Notes under the pieces: model-generated
What the model was told of the DNA's origin: nothing
What the model saw: the letters and a program-made list of their open reading frames with translations, nothing else
The model's database searches: none
Made by a program: the position numbers and the translations under genes
Source: Chiloscyllium plagiosum
Taxonomy: Eukaryota
Direction: 5' to 3'
Length of the DNA: 64,000 nt
Assembly (NCBI RefSeq): GCF_004010195.1
Contig: NC_057748.1
Coordinates: 15,679,190-15,743,189 of the forward strand
Shown: positions 1 through 12,445 of the stretch, piece after piece
Numbering within the stretch: the stretch's first letter is position 1
How the letters are laid out: each line of letters begins with the position of its first letter

Positions 1-1175
1 AAAGCCCTTCATCAGGAATAAAGGCAGTGAGCCTGAAGTGTGGAGAGATAAGCTAGAGGAGGATGGGAGTGGGGAGAAAGTAGCATAGAGTACAATGGGT
101 GAGTGGGGGAGGGAATGAAGGTGATAGGTCAGGGAGGAGAGGGTGGAGTGGATAGGTGGAAAAGGAGATAGGCAGGTAGGACAAGTCCGGACAAGTCATG
201 GGGACAGTGCTGAGCTGGAAGTTTGGAACTAGGGTGAGGTGAGAGAAGGGGAAATGAAAAAACTGTTGAAGTCCACATTGATGCCCTGGGGTTGAAGTGT
301 TCCGAGGCGGAAGATGAGGTGTTCTTCCTCCAGGTGTCTGGTGGTGAGGGAGCACCGGTGTAGGAGGCCCAGGACCCCCATGTCCTCGGCAGAGTGGGAG
401 GGGGAGTTGGAATGTTGGGCCACGGGGCGGTGTGGTTGATTGGTGCGGGTGTCCCGGAGATGTTCCCTAAAGCGCTCTGCTAGGAGGCGCCCAGTCTCCC
501 CAATGTAGACAGGAATATATTTCCCTCCACACCCCTTTCCGCCTTCCGCAAAGACCGTTCCCTCCGTGACTACCTGGTCAGGTCCACGCCCCCCTACAAC
601 CCACCCTCCCATCCTGGCACTTTCCCCTGCCACCGCAGGAACTGTAAAACCTGNNNNNNNNNNNNNNNNNNNNNNNNNNNNNNNNNNNNNNNNNNNNNNN
701 NNNNNNNNNNNNNNNNNNNNNNNNNNNNNNNNNNNNNNNNNNNNNNNNNNNNNNNNNNNNNNNNNNNACACTTCAACCCCAGGGCATCAATGTGGACTTC
801 AACAGTTTCCTCATTTCCCCTTCCCCCACCTCACCCTCGTTCCAAACTTCCAGCTCAGCACTGTCCCCATGACTTGTCTGGACTTGTCCTACCTGCCTAT
901 CTCCTTTTCCACCTATCCACTCCACCCTCTCCTCCCTGACCTATCACCTTCATCCTCTCCCCCACTCACCCATTGTACTCTATGCTACTTTCTCCCCACT
1001 CCCACCCTCCTCTAGCTTATCTCTCCATGCTTCAGGCTCTCTGCCTTTATTCCTGATGAAGGGCTTTTGCCCGAAACGTCGATTTTGAAGCTGCTTGGAT
1101 GCTGCCTGAACTGCTGTGCTCTTCCAGCACCACTAATCTAGAATCTGGTTTCCAGCATCTGCAGTCATTGTTTTT
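1..1175. mobile_element. Penelope-like element (Neptune-type), partial, arranged as an inverted pair
   Basis: Minus arm 1-508 encodes GIY-YIG endonuclease YIGETGRLLAERFREHL...VAQHSNS...FRLGTLQPQGIN. Plus arm 509-1175 has SAFRKDRSLRDYLVRS...PCHRRNCKTC (Cys linker) and the same 3' end inverted. Assembly gap at 654-767. Confidence 0.88.
1050..1084 (+). ncRNA. Minimal type-I hammerhead ribozyme motif (PLE family 1)
   Basis: ttc-CTGATGA-A-GGGC-TTTT-GCCC-GAAA-CG-TC-gat: intact core boxes, 4-bp stem II, palindromic ACGT stem III, GUC triplet. Confidence 0.75.
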
Positions 1176-1177
1176 AC

Positions 1178-1740
1178 ACCATTTTGAACTGCTGCAGTCC
1201 GTAAAGTATAGCCAAGTTCACAGTGCTATTAAGAAGCAACAACAGTGAAGGAATGACAATTATAGTTCTGGGTCAGGCTGATGTGTCGCTTTGAGGAGGA
1301 TATGCAGATGATAGTGTTCCCATGTATCTACTACCTTTATCCTTCTAAGTGCTAGAGGCCACAATTTGGAAGGTACTGTTAAAGGAGTCTTGGTCAATTG
1401 CTGCAGTACATCTTGTAAATGATACACACTACTGCTACTGTGCATTGAGTTGGTGGGAGTGAATTTTGAAAGTGATGGATGGTGTGCTAATCAAGGGAAT
1501 CGCTTTGTCTTGGATGGTATCAAAATCCTTTGAGTGTTGTTGGAGTTGCATTTACCCAGCAAACAAGAAGTATTCCAGCACAGTCCCAATTTGTGACTTG
1601 AAAATGCTGAATGGGTTTTGGGGAGTCAGCGGGTGAGTTACTCACTGCAGAATTCCCAGCTTCTGATCTGCTGCAGCCCTATTATATATATTGGAGCAGT
1701 TAGCTTCAGGTCATTAGAAATCCAGGATGGCAATGATAAT
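1178..1740 (-). mobile_element. LINE 3' fragment (CR1/L2-group)
   Basis: Homologous to copies at 12900-14240, 56480-56820 and 60370-60600; decayed reading frame. Confidence 0.6.
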
Positions 1741-1769
1741 GTACCATATCTACAAAGGCTCACACACAT

Positions 1770-3900
1770 TCTTAGAAAGAGGTGAGGGCAGATAGCTATG
1801 GAGCTTAATGCTAGGTGTCAACCTCTGAGGAGCTGGATGTCACAGTGCCAAAGGACATCCATTGACATCATATGAGTGGGACAATTAAATTGTGAATCAT
1901 CAAACACCATATCCTGCCAAATACACCAATAGTCTCAGACACTGATCAATCCACTTCAGCCCCATCACTTACCAACTGCATCCATCGTTGCAGATTCCTA
2001 CCTACTGTCTCTATGCTATATCAAACCCTCACACTGATGCAAGGCTCAATTCCATTCTTCCGACCTTGCGTACACAAACAATTATTGAACAATGACAGCC
2101 ACATCGCTCACACAGATTGTATGACACTCAGTGAGACACTTCTCTTTTGCAGGAGAATGTGACACAAAGCCAGAGGTGGCAGCAATTAACTGGAGGCAAG
2201 CATATCCTGTTGACTGCCATTGCTCAGGCCATGATCAGTGAAGGTGCTGAAACCATCAAAGGTGAGGGTATTTTCAATTCTCCCTCCCTAATTCTCTCTC
2301 CCACATTCCATTTTGCCCCTGTTTCTTTCAACTTTTATTTCTTTATTGTTTAATGGCATGTATGCATCACTGGCAAGGCAAGGGTTTGTTGCCCATCCCT
2401 AATTGTTTTTAAATTGAATGGTTTCCTGGGCCATTTCAGAGGGTAGTTAAGTGTCAACTTTGTTGTTGTGGAGTCACAGGTAGGCCAGACCTGGTAAGGA
2501 CATTATTGAACCAGATTTTTTTCTCACCATCAATGATAGGTTAATGATCACCATCACCAAGGCTAGCTTTCAATTCCAGATTTGGGTGGCATGGTGTCTC
2601 AGTGGTTAGCATTACTGCCTCACAACGCCAGGGACCTGGGTTCGATTCCACCCTTAGGTGACTATCTGTATGGAGTTTGCATATTGTTCCTGTTTCTGCA
2701 TGGGTGTCCTCCCATGTCCAATGATGAGCAGTGTATGTGGATTAGCCATGGGAAATCACAAGGGTGGGGTGAGTTTGGGTGGGATACCCTTTGGAGAGTT
2801 GGTGTAGGATTTGAGGGGCCGAATGACCTGCTTCCATACTGTAGGGACTCTATGAATACCATTAGACTCTTTATGCCAGATTTATATTGAGTTCAAACAC
2901 CATCATCTAGATTCTGGGATTAGCACTCAAGACCACGGGACATTATCTGGTTCTCTGGATTGACAGCTTAGCTTCTACCCATTTCCTCTCCTGCTATGTG
3001 ACAGATTTACACGGTGCTCTCTTCCCTGCACTACAGCTTTATCTTTGTGTATTTCTCCTTTCAGCTGCAAAAAGGTCAGCTTGACCAGGCAGTGGAGGAA
3101 CAGCAACAAGAGAGCAATGGTGAAGACTCAACCTTGTCACTAAATTCACACTCACGGCCACAAGCTGAAATATCGACATTGTCCATTTACTGAGGAAACA
3201 ATCGAGGTGGGACTTGCATATGGCGAGACACTGGACATGAGTGCTATGCAGCCAGGTCAGGGGAAGATGGATGCACAGCTTCCAACTCTCCAGATGGTGT
3301 GGTTACACATGAGTTCTGTTACAGAGGACTCAGGTCAAGCATTTCAATGGGTAGCTTAAAGAAGAGAACCAATGGGTATGCACCGAGCTTGGGGTCCTTC
3401 CTCTCTGGTCTGGAAATGGTGGCCAACTCTGTCAGCACTTTTGGGGAGCCAATACGATGGTCAATGTCACTGCTTCCACAAGCAGCAGGTTGACTCAGTG
3501 TGGAGTCCTGAAATGGTGCAAAGCAGCTTGCTCCTAACTTAAGATCCTGCCCGAATGGCTGTGGATCATAGCAGGTCACTGCAGCACTCTGTCCTTCAAC
3601 CAGATAAGATTGCTGAGCAACTGTCCATGTGGAGGGCACTGATTCTATGGGGCACAGACTTTTGGAACTCTTTCAAGATGGCAACATTTGAGCCACTCTA
3701 GGACAGCTCTGTGGGTGCCCATCAGTAAGCCAGCCCAGACCGCTGTCCACGCCAAAGTGTTGTGGTCCACAGAGAGGCCTTCTAGACTCAAAGTTCTTTG
3801 AAGTAATCCTTGGTGACCATCTGCAGTCTCCTCCATTGAGAGTCAGCTGCCATGCTGCAGCCACTTAGCTTGTATTGCATTGGAGCACCAGATGTGGAAA
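1770..3900 (+). mobile_element. Harbinger/PIF transposon Myb/SANT-like accessory gene relic
   Basis: Decayed QIAMELNARCQPLRSW..QC (~1787-1850); exon-like piece after ttttgcag at 2152 (ENVTQSQRWQQLTGG); further piece after tttcag at 3065; converges on a transposase relic. Confidence 0.5.
2584..2856 (+). mobile_element. HE1-type tRNA-derived SINE nested in another SINE (2350-2960, minus)
   Basis: A box tgtctcagtggttagc, B box ggttcgattcc, tail gggactctatga. Confidence 0.85.
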
Positions 3901-4149
3901 ATGACAACAGAAAGACAGCTCCTCAGGATCACCCATAAACAGTGAGTTAGTTGAATTTTGCATGCAATGTGAAGTGCTTTTATTTAGAAGTTTGGTTTGG
4001 AATATTTATTATGTGGTGACCTTTACTTGACATTGGGCTCAACTGCTGGTCAACGAACGAAGGAAGGTAAAATATAGGTATCTTGTGGAGTGAGGAGTTA
4101 GCGTTGCAGTTACTGGTATTGCATTCAGATGAGTATTTAATGGACAATC

Positions 4150-4685
4150 CACTGGATAAGGGTTCAGCCTCCGCCGGACTCTTGTCCAAAATGTGGATGC
4201 CACAGTTTCAGAAGGATGTGAGGTCACATGAGACAATGGAGAAAAGGTTTGCAAAAATGCCTCCAGGGATGAGGAACTTTAGTAATTTCAGTTATGAAGA
4301 TAAATTGGAGATGTTGGTACTGTTTTCCTTGAAAAAGAGAAGGCTGAGAAGGGTTCATCAAGGTAATTCAGAATCACGAGGACAGATCAGTCAGGGAGAA
4401 ACTGTTGCCTTTCCCAAGAGGTGCAGGAACAAGAAGGCACAGAATTGAGGTGATTGGCAAAAGGCAGAAGCAATCTGAGAAAAAGCTTTTACACGCAGTA
4501 AGTGGCTCGGGTCTGGATTGAATAGCTAGAGAGTGTGGTGGAGGCAGCTTTAATCACCGTATTTGAAAGAGAATTAGACTGTTATTGAAAAGGAACAATG
4601 CACAGGGTTACAGGGAGAATGGCATTAGTGAAACGTTCATTCAAAGAGCCTATTGGTGGACTGAGTGGTCTCCTTCTGAAGTCTA
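4150..4685 (+). mobile_element. CR1/HER1-like LINE 3' fragment
   Basis: KRFAKMPPGMRNFS..YEDKLEMLVLFSLKKRRLR, typical CR1 ORF2 C-terminus. Confidence 0.75.
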
Positions 4686-4739
4686 AAAATTCTAGATGTC
4701 TCCCATTCCTGAATTAATGATGTGTAGTTAGAGAAGGAC

Positions 4740-5250
4740 TGTTCTCTCTGGATGGTCAAGTACTGCATACCTGAAGCTACAATGAATCTTGACAGCCTCT
4801 CTACTGAGTAGTGCAGGGTTTCTCTCAAAGGATTCTGGCAGTGAAAACATTGTTTGAGTACCTCAATGATTTGCTCTATCAGATTCCACATAGCAGCATG
4901 GCTCTTCTTGTGTGCACTGCGCCCAGTAACCAGCCTTTGGTCTGACATACAGATGGTATGGTGAACCGCTACAAAACGAAGACATCAAAATTGCTGCCAG
5001 GGCACTGAGCAATAACATATGGTCAGACACTCGTTGGAGGGATTGGAATCTCTTTAGCTCTGATGGGAAAGGATGAAAAGTAGTTACCTCTCATAGAATA
5101 GAAATCATCAGTTCTGTCTCTCAGTCAACAGTGACAGTGAACTGCAAGATGTTGCGATGTTGCGAACAGTTCCAGCCTTGAAGGTTTTGGATGCGTGAAA
5201 GCTCCTAGTCACAGTGCCTTTCACAACCAATGGAAATGCAGTGCAAGTCC
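4740..5250 (-). mobile_element. Harbinger (HARBI1-like) DDE transposase relic
   Basis: SHAAMWNLIEQIIEVLKQCFHCQ...LHYSVERLSRFIVA resembles the Harbinger H..TR..IE..IG.LK.RFRCL...LQYSP.....I.ACC.LHN motif; upstream LVVKGTVTRSFHASKTF resembles the N-terminal helix. Confidence 0.7.
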
Positions 5251-5964
5251 TGTTCTGAGGTAGTGGTTGGGAGTACAGTTGGTGGCAGCTTTCAGAGAGA
5301 GCACCCTTTTAAAAGCACAAATATCTCATAAGTTATTCCTCACTGAGGGTCAAGTTAGAGAATTACTCCTTCAGGCCTCAAAATATTGATTTACTCTAGT
5401 TCTATGTGACCATGATTCAAACAAAAGCCTCATTATATTCCGTACTGTAGTAATGTATTGTTACTTTTCTAGAGATGTACCTTCCACCTTGGTACGTTTA
5501 TTTACCATTGTAATGCATTGCGGTCATCTATTAGAGAGTATCTTCTTTTACTGTTATAATATGTTGCCATGGTAACACCCACAGTCTCAGGTGGACGTTG
5601 CCAAAGAAAGGACATGTTGCTTTGAAGGAGTGCAGTGCATGTTCATTAGAATGCCACTAGGTTTCCAAGGGTTACTGTATGAGGCAAAGAGATGTAACTT
5701 GTTCCCAGATTTATTGAGGGTTTAAGGGGTAATTGGATAGAGGATCCTGGAATTTTAATGTGAATAGATTGGATAAATAAGGAATACCGTTTTCCACTGA
5801 AACTGAAGGACAAGCTTAAAAACAAAGGCCGTATGGGAAATAACTTTGGAAAATATGTCTTCAAGGGGTGCAATTCTTGCCCACATCAAGCAAATGGTTC
5901 TTTCTTAGTTGATCATTTGGGAAATTTGTGTGTATCATTCATTGATGAAGTGAGGGTGTTTCAG

Positions 5965-6285
5965 ACTGGGTCAGCATTTATTACCCATCCCTAATTTCCA
6001 GCACCAGTTTAGAGTCAACCACATTGCTGTGGGGCTGGAGTCGCATGGAGACCAGACCAGACAAGGATGGCAGTTTCTTTCCCTAAAGGACATTTGTGAA
6101 CCAGATGGGTTTTCCTGACAATTGGCAATGGATTCCAGGTCATATTTAGACTCCTAATTCCAGATTTTTATTGAATTGAAATTCTAACACCTGCCATGGC
6201 AGGATTTGAACCCAGATTCCCCAGACCATTCCTTGAGTCTCTGGATCAACAGTCTGGTGATAATACCACTAGGCCATTGCCTCCC
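5965..6285 (-). mobile_element. tRNA-headed SINE (second family) sharing its 3' tail with a LINE
   Basis: Homologous to 12100-12445 (+), 35672-35990 (+), 47010-47340 (-), 62820-63140 (-); gggttcaaatcc B box. Confidence 0.75.
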
Positions 6286-6404
6286 CCATAAACGTGTGAC
6301 AGAACAGGATTTGGAATGGGATAGCTGGATAGAATTCAGATGCTGATCAGCTTCAATCTCATTAAATGGTGCAACTAGGCTTGAGATGCTGATTAGCATC
6401 AAAA

Positions 6405-6588
6405 CGTGTGGTGCTGGAAAAGCACAGCAGGTCAGGCAACATCTGAGGAGCAGGAGAGTCAACGTTTCAGGTATAAGTTCTTCATCAGTACGCTCCTACT
6501 CTTCGGATGCTGCCAGCCCACTGTGCTTTTCCAGCACCAGAGTTTTCAACTCTGACTCTCTAGCATCTGCAGTCCTCACTTTTTCCTT
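6405..6588. mobile_element. PLE family-1 mini-element, hairpin form
   Basis: Minus arm ending in cttcatcag (hammerhead core), followed by an inverted arm. Confidence 0.75.
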
Positions 6589-7191
6589 GAAATGTGCACT
6601 TACTGCAGTGATCTGTGACCCTAATGAGTCCCAATGCCTCATTTTTATGCTGTCACAGTGCTGTTTCGAGCATCAATGTGTTCACTTCATATGGTAATAT
6701 GTTGCCAATGATGAACTCGATTCTGTCGCTATGTTTACGTTCTGTCATTGCAAGTTGCCTAACCACATCCTACAGTCTCGATATGTTCACTTTTTGTAGT
6801 ATTGTGCCACCTTGGGGGAACCTGCAGCCTCAATATATTGATTTCTCAAGTAATATAAGAAAACCGGAGCAAGTATTGCCATGTTCCACTCTACAATTGC
6901 TGTGGTGATGTTGTTGTAATGCACCATCTGTCCCAATCTGTTTACTTACTGCAATAATATTTTTCTGTATGATGCTTGCTATGACCGGAGTACATAAACT
7001 ATGCAATAAGAAACAGAAACAGACCATTCAGCCCAACTGTCCTGTTATTTATACTCCAGATGTGCTTTCTTCTATTCCACATGCCTCATTGAAACTTTCC
7101 AGCATGCCTTTCTATTCCCTTTTCCCTCATATAGTCACCTAATTTCCTTTCGAAAGCATCTAAACTATATTTGCCTCAACTACTTCCTATG

Positions 7192-7298
7192 GAGAAAGTG
7201 AGGACATATTCTATGTTTCTGATGAAGAGCTTATAATCGAAACGTCAACTCTCCTGCTCCTCAGATGCTGCCTGACCGCTGTGTTTTTTAACTCAATC
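7192..7298 (+). mobile_element. PLE family-1 mini-element with hammerhead motif
   Basis: CTGATGAAGAGCTTATAATCGAAACGTC; flanking direct repeat acttcctatg (7182-7191, 7299-7308). Confidence 0.7.
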
Positions 7299-9039
7299 AC
7301 TTCCTATGACTTCCAAATTCAATATACTCGCTGAATGAAGAGGTTTTGCCTTATTCCCCAAATGGTGTCTTTACTTGCAGTGATGTTGTCTTTCGATGAT
7401 GCACCCTGCAGCTTTTGTACTTTTACTTACTGTAATCGATATCTTTGTTGCTTCAGTATATCAGGAAACTTAGACATTTAGATGCAGTCTTTCATATTCT
7501 GTAACCATGTGTAGCTGCAGTACCTTTACTTAATTTAGTAATTTTTTGAAATAAAATATCCCATTTAGTCTTAGCTTTCCAGTTTTTGCATTTCCACATA
7601 GACCAAGTATGGTTATGTTCTCCAGTAATCTTTTAACCTAACTCAGCCAGCAGAGTTAATATCTTATGGTGTTTGCCACAATGTCTTGTCCATTTAATTA
7701 CTCCAGTTACATATTATGATGATGGCAGTTCTATAGACACAATATGTTTTCTGACTCCTGTAAGGTGTTACAATGATGTTACCTCCACCCTCAGTCCGTT
7801 TACTTGCTGTGGTAAGGTATTGCTATGATGCATCATCTATCAGTGTTCATTTTAGTTACTGGAGTAACATGTTTGTTATGATGCTGTTGTTAGCTCAAGG
7901 TTTACTGCCCATGTTGCCATGATTCACCTTGAGTTTATTTTCTGCTGCAGTTATTTGTGGTCATAAATCAGCCTGTTGCCTCAGTAGGTTTACATGTCTC
8001 AGTAACGCAAAACAGTGATGCACATTCTAGTCTCTAAATTTAATTCCTACATGTACGGTTAAGATTCTCCCTACTTCCAACAGTAACACATAGCTATGAG
8101 GAATACTGTAGCCTCAGTACTCAGAATTAATTTGACTATACAGCACAGAAACAGGCTATTCAGCCCATCCATTGTATGTTGTTCATACTCCATATGGGTC
8201 TCCTCTCAATCAACCTAGCTCACCTCAGCTTGTGAGGATTTCTTTCTACATCTTTCTCTTTCATGTGGCCGGCTAGTTTCCTTCTGAAAACACCTAAGCT
8301 CTTGCTGTGACCACATTCTGACCACTTTCTAAGTGAAAATAGACGTCTCTTTTTAGCCAGTCAATGCATTTACCTACTGCAGTATTCAGTATACTGTACT
8401 TGGTGAACGCTACAGTCTTGGTAGGTTTAGTTACTGTAGTAATGTAATGCTGTCTTGCATCAAATAACATCAGTATGGATACTTACTGAAGTAAAACCTA
8501 TTATAGCAATAATTTAATGTGACATACCCAACAATATTTGTGTGATAATTTATTGAAGTAATGTGTTAATATAAAGCATGTAGCCTCAATCTGCCTACTT
8601 ACTATAATAAGGTGTTGCCACAATGCAGACTATAGCCTCAGCATTTACTTACTCTTGTGCTGTATTGCTGTGATGCATCTTATCATCTTATTTATTGTAC
8701 GAGTACTTCAAAAATTGCTGGAGACTTGTGAATTGGATTCTTGTTTGACTTCACCCTTGAGACTATGTTAGTTTTGCACCTTGAATCGCTGCCAAGGAGT
8801 ATTGATAATGGTGTGACAGGGTCGATGCAGCCTCAAGTATCTCGAGGACATCTCACTCAGTTGTCAAACAAGTTAACTGCAGTGTGCTGTAAACAACTGA
8901 AAATTCAACTCCATTAAGGCATATTTCACTGAGGATAACATTAGGAAGTTACTAAAATGATGCCAGGCAGTCGAAAGTAACTGATAGTGTTTGCCTATGC
9001 ACTTCTTCACAGAACACTCCTGAAAGACCAGTCAGATGT

Positions 9040-9230
9040 AAAGATGACCAGCAGAAGCTGTTAGACCAGGTTGTTATGAAATGTTTGGGTCGACCGGAAA
9101 ACAAGAAATTGAGGCAAATTCACCATGCAATCACAAAACGGAAGTGGCAGTGAATTTCACTGTAACACCCGGGATCCCATGGACCGATGCAGGGAAGAAG
9201 TCTAATGATCTTACCAGAGCATGGAAGGTA
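9040..9230 (+). mobile_element. Second Myb/SANT-like (Harbinger accessory) relic
   Basis: EVAVNFT....PW....KKSNDLTRAWK|gtaggt resembles W.EVA..VN.....RTW.QCRKKFNDL followed by a donor site. Confidence 0.4.
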
Positions 9231-12099
9231 GGTATAGTTTATTGGGTAAATATATGTTTGCACATCAGTGAGTACTTTTTTTCCAAAGTTGCTTATGGAC
9301 GGCTGAATCCCACAGTCAAGTGAGTTATAAAAACTGCGTTGTCGTGGGTGACAGCGAATCTTCCCAAGGTGATCCATTTTGTGCCTTTTTATCCAGGCAA
9401 CAGTGAAAGTGTAGTTGAATGGATTAAAAGTATGCCCCATAAGTCGCCAGCAACTAATGTGTTGCTTTCTGTCTGTGTAGATTATGGGCGAAGGTTTGAG
9501 GTGGGTAATTCCTGAGGGGGTTTAACCACATCCCTCCACTACCAACCCTGCTGATAACCCAAAAGAATTCCAAAGAGGGATTAGACTCAGGTGAGGTGAG
9601 TGTCACATTGTCTTTTATTGTATTCTTCCCAGAAAACAAAGATGATTGAGGAAGTAGAAGAAGGGGAATTGAGACTTGTGAACTGCATGTGTGTTCCATG
9701 GGCTGCATTATCTTTGTACTGCAGGGCGAGTACAGGCTTTTTGAAAAGGAGGATTCTGGGATATGTAAGCCTGCTTGAGCTGCCTTGTCTGTGCCAGTGT
9801 TGTACACTGATGCAATGATGCTGTGTGACTTCTGGACCTCCTTTAACAGGTACTGTTTTGTTTTCATTTCTCACAGGTCCACAGCAACTCAAAGACAGCA
9901 AGACTTGCAGAGGGCACTCTCTGAATGGGATGAGAGGCAGAGGAGGAGTGGGGTGTGATGGTGGAGGTGGTCATGGGCTTGCTTTAGGAAGAGGAGGAGA
10001 TTGCATGCATGAGTGGCATTCACCTCATCCCCTTGTCCCACGCCCATCTCATTGCTTCCCACTCCTGCCGGATTCATACATGCCATGCATCCCATCAAGC
10101 TGATGCCACCAGGGGTCAGGAGGAGGGATTTGTGAGGTTGGGCTTTTCGCCTGAGTCCAAGCTTTCAGGGGTTAGCGTTGGGGAAATGTCGGTGAGGGAG
10201 CGCTGGCAGATATGTGCCTTGGTCATCTGTAGGATGTGGTGCAGTCAGCCGGAGGACCAATGAGAGGAGAATTTCAAGAATGGAGAAAATTGAAGAAAGT
10301 TGATTGCAGATGGAGGCTGAGGTGTTGGGCAGATAACTTGGTCACTGAGCTCAGAGATTAAATGTCATTAACAATACAGTATAAAAATAATTGGAGGTCA
10401 ACTGCAGAATTCAACCAATCTTGACATCAATGTAGGTAGACTTTGTCAGTTTATAGCTTGATCAGCAACTCCTGAATACATTCCCCTACTGAGCAACACC
10501 CACTAAGGATACAAGACCAGCAGGAAAGAAGGTGTCAGGGCCATTTCCTTACACCATGCCCCCTACCCTCACCCCCGGACTTGGGAGGTCGGGCAGATAA
10601 AGCTCCAATGAACTAAATGCTTGAAGGGATAATTGTGATGTGAGTTTGTTTCTAAGTTGAATGATAGAAGCGAGATGTATTCATCTCTACAACACAAATT
10701 CAACAATTTCTCAGTATGGACAAAACATCAAGGGTGTAGTTTGTGAACTTTGTGAGACTAAGGATCAAAGTTTTATGGCAATTATCACCTCATGGGGTAT
10801 TTCTTCCTTCCCTTTCCCTGCCATTAGCCCACCCACAAATTACTGGGCAAAATCAACAATGGGCTAGCATTGTTTTCCCAAGAATGTTTGGTCAGTGTTT
10901 GACCATGGAACACCCTGTCGTCTCAGTATATTTCTTTCTGCAGTGATCTGTTCCTGCGCTGAATCCTGCAACATCAAAAAGCTCCTTTACTGTAGTAATG
11001 TGTTGTCAATATAGTCTTTAATCTAAGCCTGTTTGCTAATTGTAGTAATCTGCTGCCCAGTTGTGAACAGGGTGTACATAACAGGATAGGTTCAGGGATG
11101 TATAGGTTAAGTGCATTAGTCTGAGATAAATTTAGGGGAATGGGTTTAGGTAGGATACCCTTCAGAGGGTCAGTGTGGACTTGTTGGGCTGAAGGGTCTG
11201 TTTCCACACTTTAGGGATTCTATTCTATTCCATGTAGTTTGCTGATGGAATTTGACTCCCTGGTGCCTGTTTTATGAATACTGTGAGTTGTTTGCCACTA
11301 TAATGATGTGGGCACACTCACAAATTCATGCAAGCCTCTGGTGCCAGCCATGCTGGATGCCAGTTTGGTGAGGAGTTTAGCACACACGGGACGCAGCGGC
11401 TGAATGTATACAGATTAGAATAACTTTGACTCTAATCAGTGCCTGAAGGAAATGCTACCATTATTGGAGCCCAGTGCTCCAATGAAATCCCTCTCTTAAA
11501 CACACACAGCTGGACAGTAACACAAATGACCCTCCCCATCGCTCACCCCCACCCTCCTGCCAATGCTATTGAGAGGGATCATTGATTTCTTTCTGCTTGA
11601 TTGCTGTTTGATTTCTGCTCTCTTGAGCTGTGATTGTGAATGTGTTTGGAGTTGTTGAAAGTTGTTGAAGTCACTGGGGTATCCAGGAACTGGTATTGGA
11701 AGGACTTTGTCCTGACTTCAAGGATTCTACAAGAACAAAATTTCTGCCAGACAAGAGTACAGTGGCTGTGCTGTTTGAAGCATAGCAAGGCATGGACAAT
11801 GAGTATGAGCAATACAGAGTGCGAGCTGCCGGGAAAGGGAGAAGGGTGAGAAATGTTGTCAGCTGGAGGTCCTGTCTTAAATTCTTAAATTTGTCCTCTT
11901 AAGTGAAACTCCAGAAATAGTGTGTCAAACAACTTTATTTCACTCAGGGCATTTGCATTGGAATCTGCCATAACTGCAGCCCCAGAGCAGCACATGGACA
12001 GCTATACTGGTGACTGTGTAGTTGACATGGGTCATGAGCTGCCTGGCTTCTTCCAGTCTGCAGCAGATCACATTTTCAAAACCTTTCAATGTGCAAAGG

Positions 12100-12445
12100 G
12101 GAGGCATGGCACAGTGGTCGTGTCACTGGGCTGGTAACCCAGGGGGTGTGCATTCAAACCCATGGTGGCAGGAGATGAAATTTGAAATAGTTAAAATCTA
12201 GTCTCATGGTGACCATATACCCACTGTCAATTGTTCAACAACCCATCTGTAGTTCAATAATACCCAGTAAGTAAAACTGCAATTCTTGGCACAGCTTATG
12301 GATGGCTCCAGACCTATGGCAACATGAATGGCTCAGCTGCCATCTGAAATAGCGTGGCAAGCCATTTAGTTCAAGGCCATTAAGGTGTGGGCAAAGAATG
12401 CCAGTCTCATCAATAATGCCCACATCCCACACAAGAATAAAAAAG
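12100..12445 (+). mobile_element. tRNA-headed SINE (second family)
   Basis: Homologous to 35672-35990. Confidence 0.7.

Larger units (their letters stand above)
5380..8700. repeat. Highly decayed ~50-52 bp tandem minisatellite, interrupted by TE insertions
   Basis: Recurring TTTACTTACTG(T/C)AGTAATGTGTTGCTATGATGCA...AGCCTCAGT; e.g. tagcctca at 8581 and 8633. Confidence 0.65.

Noticed and set aside
2584-2660. tRNA-like A/B boxes here and at about 13 other sites
   Set aside because: These are SINE heads continuing into HE1 bodies; no complete cloverleaf.
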